DNA of 64,000 nucleotides from Octopus vulgaris. Taxonomy: Eukaryota. Positions 52,358 to 62,675 of the stretch are shown one piece after another (within the stretch, counting starts at the first letter, position 1; the number at the start of each line of letters is the position of its first letter). A program made the position numbers and the translations under genes. The stretch is from the NCBI GenBank assembly GCA_951406725.2, contig OX597819.1, positions 41,602,001-41,666,000 of the forward strand, read 5' to 3'. Below the pieces are notes generated by a model, which did not search any database, was not told the DNA's origin, and saw nothing but the letters and a program-made list of their open reading frames with translations.

Positions 52358-55289
52358 AAATGAATAATCATAAATGAGTGTACAGGTACTAATCCCTTAC
52401 TACCGTTTCCACCATGAGGCAACAAAAACATCCTAGTTATCTTCATCACATCAGTAATATACAGGGATGAACAGACATTGGACAGGGTTTGGATAATGGA
52501 TGTGCCCCTAGGTTTCTTCAGAGGGTCCAAATGTTAGGGAACTAACATGTGTGAAAGGTAGTTAAAAGATAGAGTAGAGTAAAATTAAATAATGTGATAG
52601 ACATAGTAAGGAAAGGTAAGGACTTCAATTAAGGTGTTAATATAATCCATGGTATTCTATCCTGTGGTAAGTAGATGAATAAAGTCACACTCGGGAGGAA
52701 TTTCCACAGGCTGCGGTTTACCTCATGTTTCCATTATACTGGGGGAAATAGCGAGGGTAGTATGTTATGTGATGGGTTTAATGGTTTGGTCCATGTTACA
52801 GGGATTAGAGGTTAGGTGCTACCACTATTTAGTAGATGTAGCATTACAGTCAATATATCACAGGATGGAATAAAACGTATACAACTGGTGAAGCAATCAC
52901 CAGCAGATGATAGAACTTGATATTGTTTGTTCCTTCTCGAGCCATGCCTGGCTCATAGGGCCGGTTTCCCAGTTTCCTTGGTGTATAGGTTCCCCACCTG
53001 GGCAGGACACCGGTCCATTGCTGGTGAACTGCAAAATGCAGGAAGAAAGAGTGAGAGAAAGTTGTGGCAAAAGAGTTCGCTATTACCTTCTGCTGGAGCC
53101 GCATGGAGCTTAGGTGTTTCACTCATAAACACTCACATCACCCGGTCTGAGATTTGAACCTGCAAGTCTGCTGCTCTAACCACTAGGCCATGTGCCTCCA
53201 CAGAACTTGATATAATTTATCATTATCTTCATCAACACTAGAAAATATACTTACTTTTGACATCTCAAAGTCCAGCATGTCTTTAGAGTGGTGCATCTGT
53301 TTTTTATCCAAATTAGGATCATAATCTAAATTGAATGCCTGAAAACAAAAGAAAATTTTGAAGTATGTATGTATGTGTGTATATATATATGAGAGAGAGA
53401 GAGGTATAGTTTCTTCATGAAGCACTGTCATATTTTTAATATCTTTTAAGTCAAAACAATGCAAGCAATAAAAAATTCAATAATATAGGTCGACAGTGAG
53501 TACTACTTTTGTCTGGTACTGTACTTTGTTTTAGGATTAGAACTCCTTTAGGATATTTATGGAGAGAAAGTGTTGACAACTGGTTTCTCTGTTCTGTCAG
53601 GTCTGTTTTTAATGTGATGAAATTTAAAATATTGAAATTCAATTTTCTTTTATCATTTACTCCAAAGGGAAAAGCAGTGCTTTTACTCTTAAGAGGACTG
53701 CTGAGGCTGGTGGGAGAGAGAAAGATATCCTCAAACCAGAGGCTCAAGGCATCAAGCAGTGATGTGGCAGAACAAGTCTACCACCTAAGTAGGCCATGGG
53801 GTGATTTGAACCCAGAACTTTCAATAAGCCAGAAATATAAAAAAAAAAAAAAAGGAGTTGGGGGAACACAAGGCATTCAATCTGATGTTCTTATGATTAT
53901 CCCAATTAACTGTACCTGAAATGGTACTTTTTAATGACTCTTAAAAGATGAAAGATAAAGTTGACCTCAGCAGGATTTAAACTGAATGCAAAATGACAGC
54001 CAAATATCAACAGCTATTTTATCCAACTATCAACATGCCACTTAAATGCAGTGATGAAGTGAAATAATTTCAGGAAATTATTGTGTTGAAGGTTTTCCTT
54101 CCATCAGCTAGAAGATCAGTTTGAAGCATATAATTTTAATGTAATACCATATCATAATCGCATTACTCATGATAAACTATGATTAATTTCTATCAAAGCT
54201 GGAAAGGAGTTTTTAGTTTTCATTTTTTTTTTCTTAAGTAATGATCTTTTTACTTGTTTATATATACATTAAGCTCTTCCCTATTAATTTTGCTTTGTCA
54301 GATATTCTTAACAGTCATCATCATCAACGTTTAACATCTGCTTTCCATGCTAGCATGGGTTGGACGATTTGACTGAGGACAGGCTAACCAGATGGTTGCA
54401 CCAGATTCCAATCTGATCTGGCAGAGTTTCTACAGCTGGATGCCCTTCCTAACGCCAACCACTCCGAGAGTGTAGTGGGTGCTTTTATGTGCCACGAGCA
54501 TGAGGGCTAGTCAGGTGTTACTGGCATCAGCCATGCTCAAATGGTTCTTTTTATGTGCCACCTGCACAGGGGCCAGTCCAGCGGCACTGGCAACGACCTC
54601 GCTTGAATGTTTTTTCACATGCCACCAGCTCAAGTACCAGTAACGCGATGCAGGTAAGGATCACACTCAAATGGTCAGAATTTTTGACAATGTCCGTGTT
54701 TGTGCACAATAGTGTGGTTCATAGTCAACAATTACATAATCTTTTCCATGTTTCTATATGTACATTTCATCAGTTTAGAGCTTTTGACATGTTTTCAAAT
54801 GTTTTCTTTACAATTTCTATACCTAATTTAATAGAAAATTAATAAAATTGCTTAAATTTCCTTTCAGTTTCAATCTTCAACTTAATCATTCTCTGTTCAA
54901 CAAGAAGGGATTGAAGATTTTGAGAGTCATCTCACTAGCATTCTTGTCATGACTATTAGAAATTTTCTGTGAATCATGTTAACCATTTTCAATCTTCTAA
55001 AAGTATTTCATCACACATACAACAATCCCAAATTACCAAACCGTTTGTTAAGTGAAGGCTTTGAGAAACAATGGGAAGATATGATATAGGTACTCTTACT
55101 CTTTACTTGCTTCAGTCATTTGACTGTGGCCATGCTGGAGCACCACCTTTAGTCAAGCAAATCAACCCCAGGACTTATTCTTTGTAAGCCTAGTACTTAC
55201 TCTATCGGTCTCTTTTGCCGAACCACTAAGTTACAGGGACATAAACATACCACCATCAGTTGTCAAGCGGTGTTGGGGGACAAAAACAA

Positions 55290-55343
<54 letters not shown>

Positions 55344-58300
55344 GACGGGCCTCTTTCAGTTTCCATCTACTCTACCAAATCCACTCAGAAGGCTTTGGTT
55401 GGCCCGAGGCTATAGTAGAAGACACTTACCCAAGGTGCCACACAGTGGGAATGAACCCTGAACCATAGGGAATTATAATTACAGATTTTAAATTTATATC
55501 AAGTCTATACAAATATAATACAGGGAGGTTTGAATAACATGTTTAAAATGAGCAACATGAATATTCACAAAGTTATTCCTGGAAGCTATTGATTTACCAA
55601 CTGCTTAAATTCTTCAACTATGTATTATCTTGTGATATAGCTATCAAAACTGTATCAACCTGTAGGATGTCGTCATTAGTGTTTTACATCAACTTTTCTA
55701 TGCTGGCATGAGTTGGATGGTTTCCAAAGCAGTGTTTTACAGCCAAATGTTTTCCCTGTTTCAAACCGTTTCAGTCACCTTTTACAACACACAAGGGCAT
55801 GGTGTACTTATTCTAAAACTGGGATACACATAGACATTGAATATCTAGAATTTTCTCAGAAGTTCCTAAAGACAGTTGAAACTATGCCATCTTTAGAAAA
55901 CAAAATCACCTGAAAAAAATCGCATAAATAACAATTCAATTTCTAACCTCAGAAAAGACATTCTTGAGGAATTTCTCCAAGAGTTTCTTTCTCTTCTTCC
56001 TTGTAATAGCTGAAGACAACAGCTCTTTCTGCTTCATATAGTGCCAGGTGACTTTTTTACCATTGCTTTTTATGTCACTGTCTATTTCTTCTGCAAACTT
56101 TAAACGGTCCTGTTCTGTTTTAAATTGCAGAATCTGTGAGAAAAAAATAAGACTTATTTACTCTTAAAAAGTCATTTCAGTTAAAATAAAAATTAGCAGT
56201 TTGCTATTTTGGATGTTAGTTTGTTGCCTTTAATAAAGCATTTAGTACAAAGATCAGTGTCTGTAAATAGACATGTATTTTTTGTGTTATGGTATATATC
56301 AACTATATATATTGTTAAAATAGGGTTCATAAGTAATACTATAATGTAAAGTCTATAAAGGACTGAGTCCAGTTTGCAAAAGTTTAGTCTTGTAATGTCC
56401 CTTTACAAATGAAGAATGAATTAAAATTATTGGATAATGAAACTCAAAATTTATGAGACATGTCAAGCTAGAGTCCAGCTGTGTTCTCATGTCAAATCAA
56501 TCTTTTTATATTCTGCTAGGAAGCAACTCTGATAGTTACTTCCCATCATAACCTATTGGAATACATCCTTTGGGTATCTCAGTATGTCAATAATATTTGA
56601 ATTCATAACGAGTCAGTTTATGATGACATGAATGCATGTCTAAAATTTAACCATTACCAAAGGAATTTCAATAAGACATCCTAAGGGCTATAGTTGGAAT
56701 TATGAAGTCACATTTTGCTTTGAAGTAGTTGCTTCATCCTAGGTCAACATTGATCAAGTAAACCAATAATCATAGACAATCCAGTTGTGACCTTCTTGTC
56801 ATTTTAAGGATAAGTAGGCACTGTGTTATTTGATGTATTCATAAGGCAGTAGGGTTTGATTGGAGAGAAATTTGGCAGTTGTGTCTTGTAGATTGAACAG
56901 AGGTGGCTCTCTAGCAAGGATATATTGCAACGATTGGGTTACTTGTAGCTTAAGACTAACAGAACATGGAACCAAAAACCAATTGAAAAAAATAGAAATT
57001 TAGCTTTACAATAGAATATACTTGAATTCAAAGAATTCTTAAAATATAGCTATGAGTGAACTTAGTAATGGCCTAAAACATCAGAATATTGATGTAGTTG
57101 TGGGACAAGACTGAGATGAATGAAGAAAAACATGACCAAACTTTATTTCAATTGTATCTAATTCTTGTTCAATGGGAAAAACAAGATTTTCACCGCAAGA
57201 TGTTTAGCAAAAGTTTAGTTCTAGATATATAAAAGTTTGAGCCATCAAATCTCTCCAAATAATATCAACAAGGAAACCTCTATTCAAATCTTCTAGAAGT
57301 AGTAACCAAATTTTCCTCAAATCACACTATAAAGTTTTTTTTATAAAAAAAAAAAAACAAACAAAAGGAACACATTGGATAATGTAGTCCTGGATACACT
57401 GAATAAAATAAAGTATGATCAAAGACACAGTACTTTTGGCCAAAGGTGTGCTTGATCAGAGCTGATATGGAGTCAACAATATGCCAATACCAAAAGACAT
57501 AAAACTTCAATTTCTCTCATAGGTTATTTTTACTTATTTCTTTGTTTGATTTAACTATGACTAACTCGGATTTTTATGACAAGAAACTAAAAATCAACAT
57601 GATACTGCAAAGAGTAGACAAGACTAAAAACAAATGTGAGAGCTGTAGAAAATTGTTAGTAAATAAAATTTAAAAAATAAATAAAGCTATTTACTAAATC
57701 ATATGATCTTGGTACTTTAATGAGAAGAAATGTACAGCCCCTATTGACTGCAAGAGTTATGTCAATATCATCCATGTCTTGAAAGCATAAAGTCCGAATT
57801 TTTTTACCATTTTCCCACATGTCTATTGTAGAACTTTCACGGAAAAAAATTTCAAGTGTATTTGAAGACTCTGGATGTTCAATCCATTCCAAGACTGTCA
57901 ATTAAAATAAAGAAAATGAGGTATATAATATCAACATTTGACAAAACTAAAAGAAGTTTTAACTTTAAAAGTAACATCTTTTATATTCATGAAACCATTT
58001 GAAAGCTCATGGTTATTTTTCAGGAAATGATTCTTCAATTTATTCGTATAACATCTTTTATACCATCCCAGTGTGTAGGTCAAGAGAAGGAATACTAGAA
58101 ATATTTTCTTGTGAATTAGCAATAAAAAGCCATATGAATTTTTACAATAAAATTGATATATTTATATGAACTTTCACAATAAACTTCATTTAAATTCAAT
58201 ATTATTAACATTTATTTTTTATAAAAATTTTTTATCATATATGGCTCAAATGTTTAAGAAAAGTTTTCATTCTCCTCTAGTGAGAATATTGTAATGGTGA

Positions 58301-61300
58301 ATTGGTAGAGACATGACAACTATGGAGAAAATGTCTAGCTATAATCAGCTACACTCCTTTACATTCTGAGTTCAAATTCTTCCAAAATTGATCTGGCCTT
58401 TTATCTTCCTGAAGGTTGCTAAAGTAACAGTCAAGAAATGAGGAGAAGCAGATCAACAATGATCACCACCACTACAAGATATATAGCTTTCTATTGATGG
58501 AGAAATCAATATAATATTGCAACAATTTTATAAAAAATCATTAAATATAACTTTAAAACTTCTTCAATAATTGAAAATGAATTTTAACTAAATTCTACTC
58601 ATATAAATTGTGCCTTGTTTTTTGCTTTTTGAGCCAAAAAATTAACTTAACTAATCCTATAGGAACTATGCCCTAGAAGCTAGGCCATAGAAATCTCATG
58701 TTATTGGAACTGAGATGCATTTCACCATGTTACATATGGTATCTTTGACCTCGATTAGCTTTAGTAGGTCCTAGATTTTATGTGTCTGCCATTGACATCA
58801 ATGTAGTTGAATGGTCTTCATTCTCTGTCAGTGTACAAAGTTTCCAAAATATAATATCTGATATAGCCCGGTGTTCAGCATAAGATTAGCCAGCAAAATT
58901 TACTCTACATTGAACAACCAAGTAGAAATGAGTGGAATGTGTCCACAAAACTCATTGGTCTTGTATTCATGCTACAAGATGTTTAGAGTCTACATGGGGT
59001 GCATGTACTACCAAGGCAATCTTGAAATTCTTCTAAGTTAGGTTTTGACTCTGTAGGGAATTCTCTCTACATATGCTCTGAAGAAGGCCAATCTTGGTGA
59101 CTTTGAGATATTCAACTGTCAGATGTTGTGAAGTTTATTATAGTTGACATATTGAACCTGACACCCACCATCGATTATGACGACAAGGTTTCCAGTTGAT
59201 TCAATAAATGGAACAGCCTACATGTGAAACTAATGTACAAGTGGCTGAGCAATTCACAGGCACATATGCCCTTGACATAGTTCTCAGTTTCCATCTGCCA
59301 AATCCACAAGCTTTGTGACCCAAGGCTGTAGTGGAAGACACTTGCCCAATGTGCCATGCAGTGGAGTTGAACCCAGAACCATGTGGCTAAGAAACAAACT
59401 TCTTACTAGACAGCCATGTATAATTAATGATTAAATAAGTATCTAAATACATTGTAAATAAATATTTGATTCATTACCTCTGTAGACATTTTGAGTTATA
59501 TTTTGTAGCATCTCAACAGAATGGTTATTTTTCAGGAACTGATTCTTCAGTTTATTCGTATAACATCTTTTATACCATCCCAGTGTGTAGGTCAAGAGAA
59601 GGAATACTAGAAAAAGGTTTCAAAAATCAAAATTAGTCAAAGAAAGATTTTAGTAACAGATATCAATATTTTTATTAGAAAGATTAGGGGGGGGGGTTTA
59701 ATCATGTAGTCAGGGAAAATGGGCACTCTTACCCTACTTTTACAAAGCTTCTAAGTGTCATAAAACAGTAGGAAGAAGAGATCTTGAAACTGGAAATTTG
59801 GTCTAAATGCTTCCAATAGAATGGACTATACTAAATCACATAAAAGGTTCCAAATGGTGGTGTTAAACTGAATAATAGATTAGGTCCATCACCCAAATAA
59901 GTCATGGTATAATTTGAACTTAGAATAGAAAGTGCAGGAATAAATACTGGATAGCATCAAGTCCTACTGTCATACAGTTCTAGCAATACACCATCCTGAA
60001 CTGATAGCTTTTTCTTTTTTAAAATCGACCCTCATAGGATGAAAGGCAATGTTGACATTGGTGGAATTTGAATTTAGAGCATAGAGAGTCACAAAAAATG
60101 CCTCATGGTATTCTTATGACCGCCAATTCACTGCATTAATCTCTTAGTTTCCCCAAAGAGACCTAAATGGGTATGTAATATTGTCTCAAAATTTTCTTAG
60201 TTATTTTACACATATGGCTACATGATTAAAATTTTCTCAACCATTTGGTTCTAGATTCAATCCATGTGTGGAAGCATGAGACTTAGGGTCAGAGCATTGG
60301 ACACGTGATCACAAGATTGTGGTTTTAATTCCTGGAACAGGTGACAGATTGTGTTCTTGAACAAACTACATCATTTCATGTTGCTCCAGTCCACTCAGCT
60401 GGCAAAAACGAGTAACCCTACAACAGCCTCATGTCCCAGCTAGAGGTGGGGTGGGAAATATATGCACTATGAAAACTGGCCCTATAGGTCTATAGGGCTC
60501 AGAAAGGAGATTTATCCCTAACCTATTATTCTATCTAATACTATAGCATGATACTATGAACAGGTGACTTGATTTAAAGGTAATGGTTCAATGGGTTTAC
60601 TTTAAATTTGGGGACATGAGAAAATTTTGTCTATATTTAGTATCTAAGTCTTCAAAAGTAGAACTAGTCATTGTATATTTTTTAGATTATAAAGTTGGTT
60701 GCACACTAAAAATTTAATAGAATAATATGAAGGGAATAAAAATAGTGGTATTTTTATTTTAATCCTACATTTCAAAATAAAATTAATGAAAAAAATTGTA
60801 TAAATACATGTACAATATCTAAGCTTATTCTTCCACTTTCAGTTTACTGTTCTCAAAATTTGCATTTTTTCTGATGGGAACACCTGTGTGACAGCTTTTG
60901 CAGGTGTACCATCCTTGCAATTTTGCTTCAATTCACTCATTTGATGATATGTCATATACTTGATTAGAAAACAACAATCTGATATCATTTTTTAAAAAAA
61001 ATGTATGGTATGATCATTATCCATAATTCCAAATGAATTCTCTGTAAGTCAAAATCTGAAACGACTAGATTTAGGTGATTTTATAGAGCCAATGAAAAAC
61101 GTGATGCAGGATAATAATGAAGATGCACCAGAATAGGTTTCAAGCAGATCAAAAGCTCAAGGATCAACAGCATTGAATTTTTTAATCAACAAGTCATAAT
61201 TATTGAATTTAGGCGCAGGAGTGGCTGTGTGGTAAGTAGCTTGCTTCCCAACCAATTGGTTCCAGGTTCAGTCCCATTGCATGGCACCTTGTGCAAGTGT

Positions 61301-62610
61301 CTTCTACTATAGCCTTGGGCCAACCAAAGTCTTGTGAGTGGATTTGGTAGACAGAAACTGAAAGAAGCCCGTCGTATATATGTATGTATATATGTATGTA
61401 TGTGTGTGTGTGTCCAACATCGCTTGACAACCGATGCTGGTGTGTTTACGTCCTCGTAACTTAGTGGTTTGGCAAAAGAGACCGACAGAATAAGTCCTGG
61501 GGTCGATTTGCTCAACTAATGGCGGTGCTCCAGCATGGCCGCACTCACATGACTGAAACAAGTAAAAAAAGAGTAATGAACTTAAATGATTATTTGCAAT
61601 GCTATTTCACTGTTTTTCTGTATTTCATGCAGTATGGCTTCTTATTTCAGCAAGTGTTTGCTTCACCCTACCCCCATGTCTATCCTTATCCAGTAACCAT
61701 ACAGTCAAAGGTATTCTAGCCATGACAATCCCATAGTATTTTCAGTCAATCTGTCATGAACCGCATTATTTAACATGCCAGATGGTAGAACATGGTTAGA
61801 GTGAGTACATTATTTACATTTGACGGATATTTGTCCTCATCTTGTTTGTTGTTAACATAACGTTTTGGCTGATATACCCTCCAGCCTTCTTCACGTATCT
61901 TGGGGAAATTTCAAACCTGGCTTCTCATTCCTAAGGTATTTTTCGATATTATTATTATTATTATTGTTCAGGTCACTGCTTGGAATCGAACTTGGAATCT
62001 TGGGGTTAGTAGCCCACGCTCTTAACCACTATGCCATTAATGAAAAAAATTGTATAAATACATGTACAATATCTAAGCTTATTCTTCCACTTTCAGTTTA
62101 ATGTTCTCCCAAAGGCATATGGCATAGTGGTTAAGAGCGCGGGCTACTAACCACAAGATTCCAAGTTTGATTCCAAGCAGTGACCTGAACAATAACAATA
62201 ATAACATCTAAAAATACCTTAGGAATGAGAACCTAGGTTTGAAATTTCCCCAAGACACCTGATGAAGGCTGGAGGGTATATCAGCCGAAACATTGTGTTA
62301 ACAACAAACAAGACGAGGACAAATATCCGTCGAATGTAAATAATGTACATAATTCCTCATCTTTTAAATATAGAACCATGCAAAGGCTCCTTTAATGACA
62401 CTAAGCATATTTATTACAAAGCTAGCATTAGAAAGTTCTATATAGAGAATATAATTGAATATGAATACTAACTGCCAGGAATTAATGCAATTCCAATCCA
62501 TGTGGCAATGAAAGAAATTTCACTTCCAGAGAAGAAGTTAAATCCGTGTAAATCAGGACATGTTTCTAGGTTTGACTCATTGACTGGCAAAGGTGGTGGA
62601 CAAAAATCAG
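28661..62610 (-). CDS. DUOX: Dual oxidase (Duox), 5'-partial; 19 coding exons in window, about 946 aa
   Basis: Hand-spliced GT-AG exons with consistent phases: 62473-62610, 59478-59606, 57695-57894, 55948-56133, 53255-53338, 51431-51566, 50865-50958, 48686-48861, 45992-46022, 44145-44353, 43173-43403, 40469-40559, 40202-40251, 38111-38392, 35271-35500, 33384-33548, 32463-32618, 31663-31794, 28661-28783. Motifs: DFCPPP..LETC..FFSGSE plus an extra N-terminal TM helix (Duox-specific), EF-hands, heme His pairs FHK..LH and [35 protein letters not shown], terminal HYENF*. Confidence 0.95.
29929..30156. mobile_element. piggyBac-type MITE
   Basis: TTAA|CCCTTT...AAAGGG|TTAA. A separate TTAA-flanked family occurs at ~6094-6303 and 27930-28130. 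Confidence 0.75.
30586..31017 (+). mobile_element. CORE-like SINE, full-length
   Basis: Same family as 7341-7750, plus orientation. Confidence 0.8.
31663..31794 (-). CDS. DUOX: Duox exon
   Basis: [29 protein letters not shown]...NPQ|gtaaat. Confidence 0.95.
32463..32618 (-). CDS. DUOX: Duox exon
   Basis: [24 protein letters not shown]...[16 protein letters not shown]|gtatg. Confidence 0.95.
33384..33548 (-). CDS. DUOX: Duox exon: NADPH-binding domain
   Basis: [38 protein letters not shown]...CQK|gtgagt. Confidence 0.95.
35271..35500 (-). CDS. DUOX: Duox exon: FAD-binding domain
   Basis: [25 protein letters not shown]...[12 protein letters not shown]...GPWT...YPK|gtaaat. Confidence 0.95.
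38111..38392 (-). CDS. DUOX: Duox exon: TM helices with heme His pair
   Basis: [10 protein letters not shown]...[20 protein letters not shown]...AEKLPS G|gtaag. Confidence 0.95.
39838..40078. repeat. Compound (AC)/(AT) low-complexity repeat
   Basis: Degenerate tatacacacatatt units. Pure (TA)n tracts also occur at 958-998, 16995-17029, 51914-51948 and 55297-55342. Confidence 0.85.
40202..40251 (-). CDS. DUOX: Duox exon
   Basis: cacag|(R)[17 protein letters not shown]|gtaag. Confidence 0.9.
40469..40559 (-). CDS. DUOX: Duox exon: second heme His
   Basis: acag|(A)[31 protein letters not shown]|gtaag. Confidence 0.9.
41330..41700 (+). mobile_element. Decayed CR1/L2-group LINE C-terminal fragment
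   Basis: IQKR..LI...[27 protein letters not shown] resembles the LQSL.HRR.VA.L.LFYRY.HG.CS pattern. Confidence 0.5.
43173..43403 (-). CDS. DUOX: Duox exon: TM helices with first heme His
   Basis: [31 protein letters not shown]...[11 protein letters not shown]...[21 protein letters not shown]. Confidence 0.95.
44145..44353 (-). CDS. DUOX: Duox exon: start of ferric-reductase TM domain
   Basis: ...[30 protein letters not shown]|gtaag. Confidence 0.92.
45992..46022 (-). CDS. DUOX: Duox 31-nt micro-exon
   Basis: ttgtag|CA CCC AAG GAA TGT TTC CCA GGA AAG CGA AA|gtaagt. It bridges the phase-1 donor at 48686 and the phase-2 acceptor at 44353. Confidence 0.75.
47075..47410 (+). mobile_element. 3'UTR fragment of the HERO-like element
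   Basis: Collinear with 21120-21485. Confidence 0.7.
47842..48000. mobile_element. Hairpin MITE with perfect 49-bp arms
   Basis: 47842-47890 is the exact reverse complement of 47952-48000; 61-nt spacer. Confidence 0.8.
48001..48500 (+). mobile_element. CR1-type LINE 3' end
   Basis: [24 protein letters not shown]...[18 protein letters not shown]....SFK (CR1 C-terminal conserved region), then 3'UTR and (ATT)n tail. Confidence 0.85.
48686..48861 (-). CDS. DUOX: Duox exon: degenerate third EF-hand
   Basis: cag|[23 protein letters not shown]...[11 protein letters not shown]...NWK G|gtgat. Confidence 0.88.
49211..49632 (-). mobile_element. Possible solo LTR
   Basis: TGTAGT...ACTACA termini; minus-strand TATTTAAG followed by AATAAA; TSD not clear. 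Confidence 0.35.
50865..50958 (-). CDS. DUOX: Duox exon: EF-hand 2
   Basis: tag|(G)[32 protein letters not shown]|gtaag. Confidence 0.92.
51156..51313. mobile_element. hAT (Tip100-like) MITE
   Basis: CAGGGATGGACTGAG / CTCAGTCCAGCCCTG TIRs; 8-bp flanks ctcattag/ttcattgg. Confidence 0.65.
51431..51566 (-). CDS. DUOX: Duox exon: EF-hand 1
   Basis: tag|[46 protein letters not shown]|gtaag. Confidence 0.92.
53255..53338 (-). CDS. DUOX: Duox exon
   Basis: cag|[28 protein letters not shown]|gtaag. Confidence 0.85.
55092..55466 (-). mobile_element. CORE-like SINE, 5'-truncated
   Basis: Same family as 7341-7750. Confidence 0.78.
55948..56133 (-). CDS. DUOX: Duox exon
   Basis: cacag|[16 protein letters not shown]...[21 protein letters not shown]|gttag; phase 0-0. 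Confidence 0.9.
57695..57894 (-). CDS. DUOX: Duox exon: cytosolic PH-like region
   Basis: gacag|TC TTG GAA TGG... [11 protein letters not shown]...[11 protein letters not shown]|gtaaat; the (L)EW and K.P..YDL motifs are typical of Duox. Confidence 0.9.
57963..58094 (-). pseudogene. Tandem duplicate of the Duox juxtamembrane exon (alternative exon or pseudo-exon)
   Basis: 58009-58101 matches 59521-59613 at 91/93 nt, including the acceptor. The 3' third is diverged but open ([15 protein letters not shown]). As assembled there is no GT at the equivalent donor position (AAA G|ttaaaa). Confidence 0.6.
59478..59606 (-). CDS. DUOX: Duox exon: TM end and juxtamembrane segment (distal copy)
   Basis: tttctag| [44 protein letters not shown]|gtaatg; phase 1-1 fits both neighbours. 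Confidence 0.85.
61211..61575 (+). mobile_element. CORE-like SINE, full-length
   Basis: Same family as 7341-7750. Confidence 0.8.
61805..62037 (-). mobile_element. tRNA-headed retroposon with hammerhead-like tail (left, inverted copy)
   Basis: Reverse complement of 62119-62349; B box GTTCGATTCC intact; hammerhead core degenerate (GTGAAGA, AAAACGTT). Confidence 0.75.
62114..62377 (+). mobile_element. tRNA(Thr)-like-headed retroposon with PLE-type hammerhead tail (right copy)
   Basis: A box TGGCATAGTGG, CTACTAA anticodon-like loop, T-arm, (AAT)n linker, then GACAC CTGATGA AGGCTG-loop-CAGCC GAAACATT GTGTT at 62254-62299. Confidence 0.75.
62473..62610 (-). CDS. DUOX: Duox exon: end of peroxidase-homology region and start of first TM helix
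   Basis: cag|CT GAT TTT TGT... translates [45 protein letters not shown]; donor |gttag; phase 1-1. Confidence 0.9.
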
Positions 62611-62675
62611 CTGAAAAAAATGGTTTTAAAATTATATTAAATAGATGGATTGCAATGTATTAAATAGATGGATTA

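Noticed and set aside
52370-52460. Additional hammerhead on the minus strand (also a candidate near 37781-37805 on the plus strand)
   Set aside because: GAAAC-G-GUA and a ttac/gtaa stem are present, but the CUGANGA core and stem II are too degraded to call.
62114-62186. Functional tRNA gene
   Set aside because: The acceptor and T stems do not pair, the anticodon is ACT, and the sequence runs into a retroposon body present in two copies; it is a SINE head.
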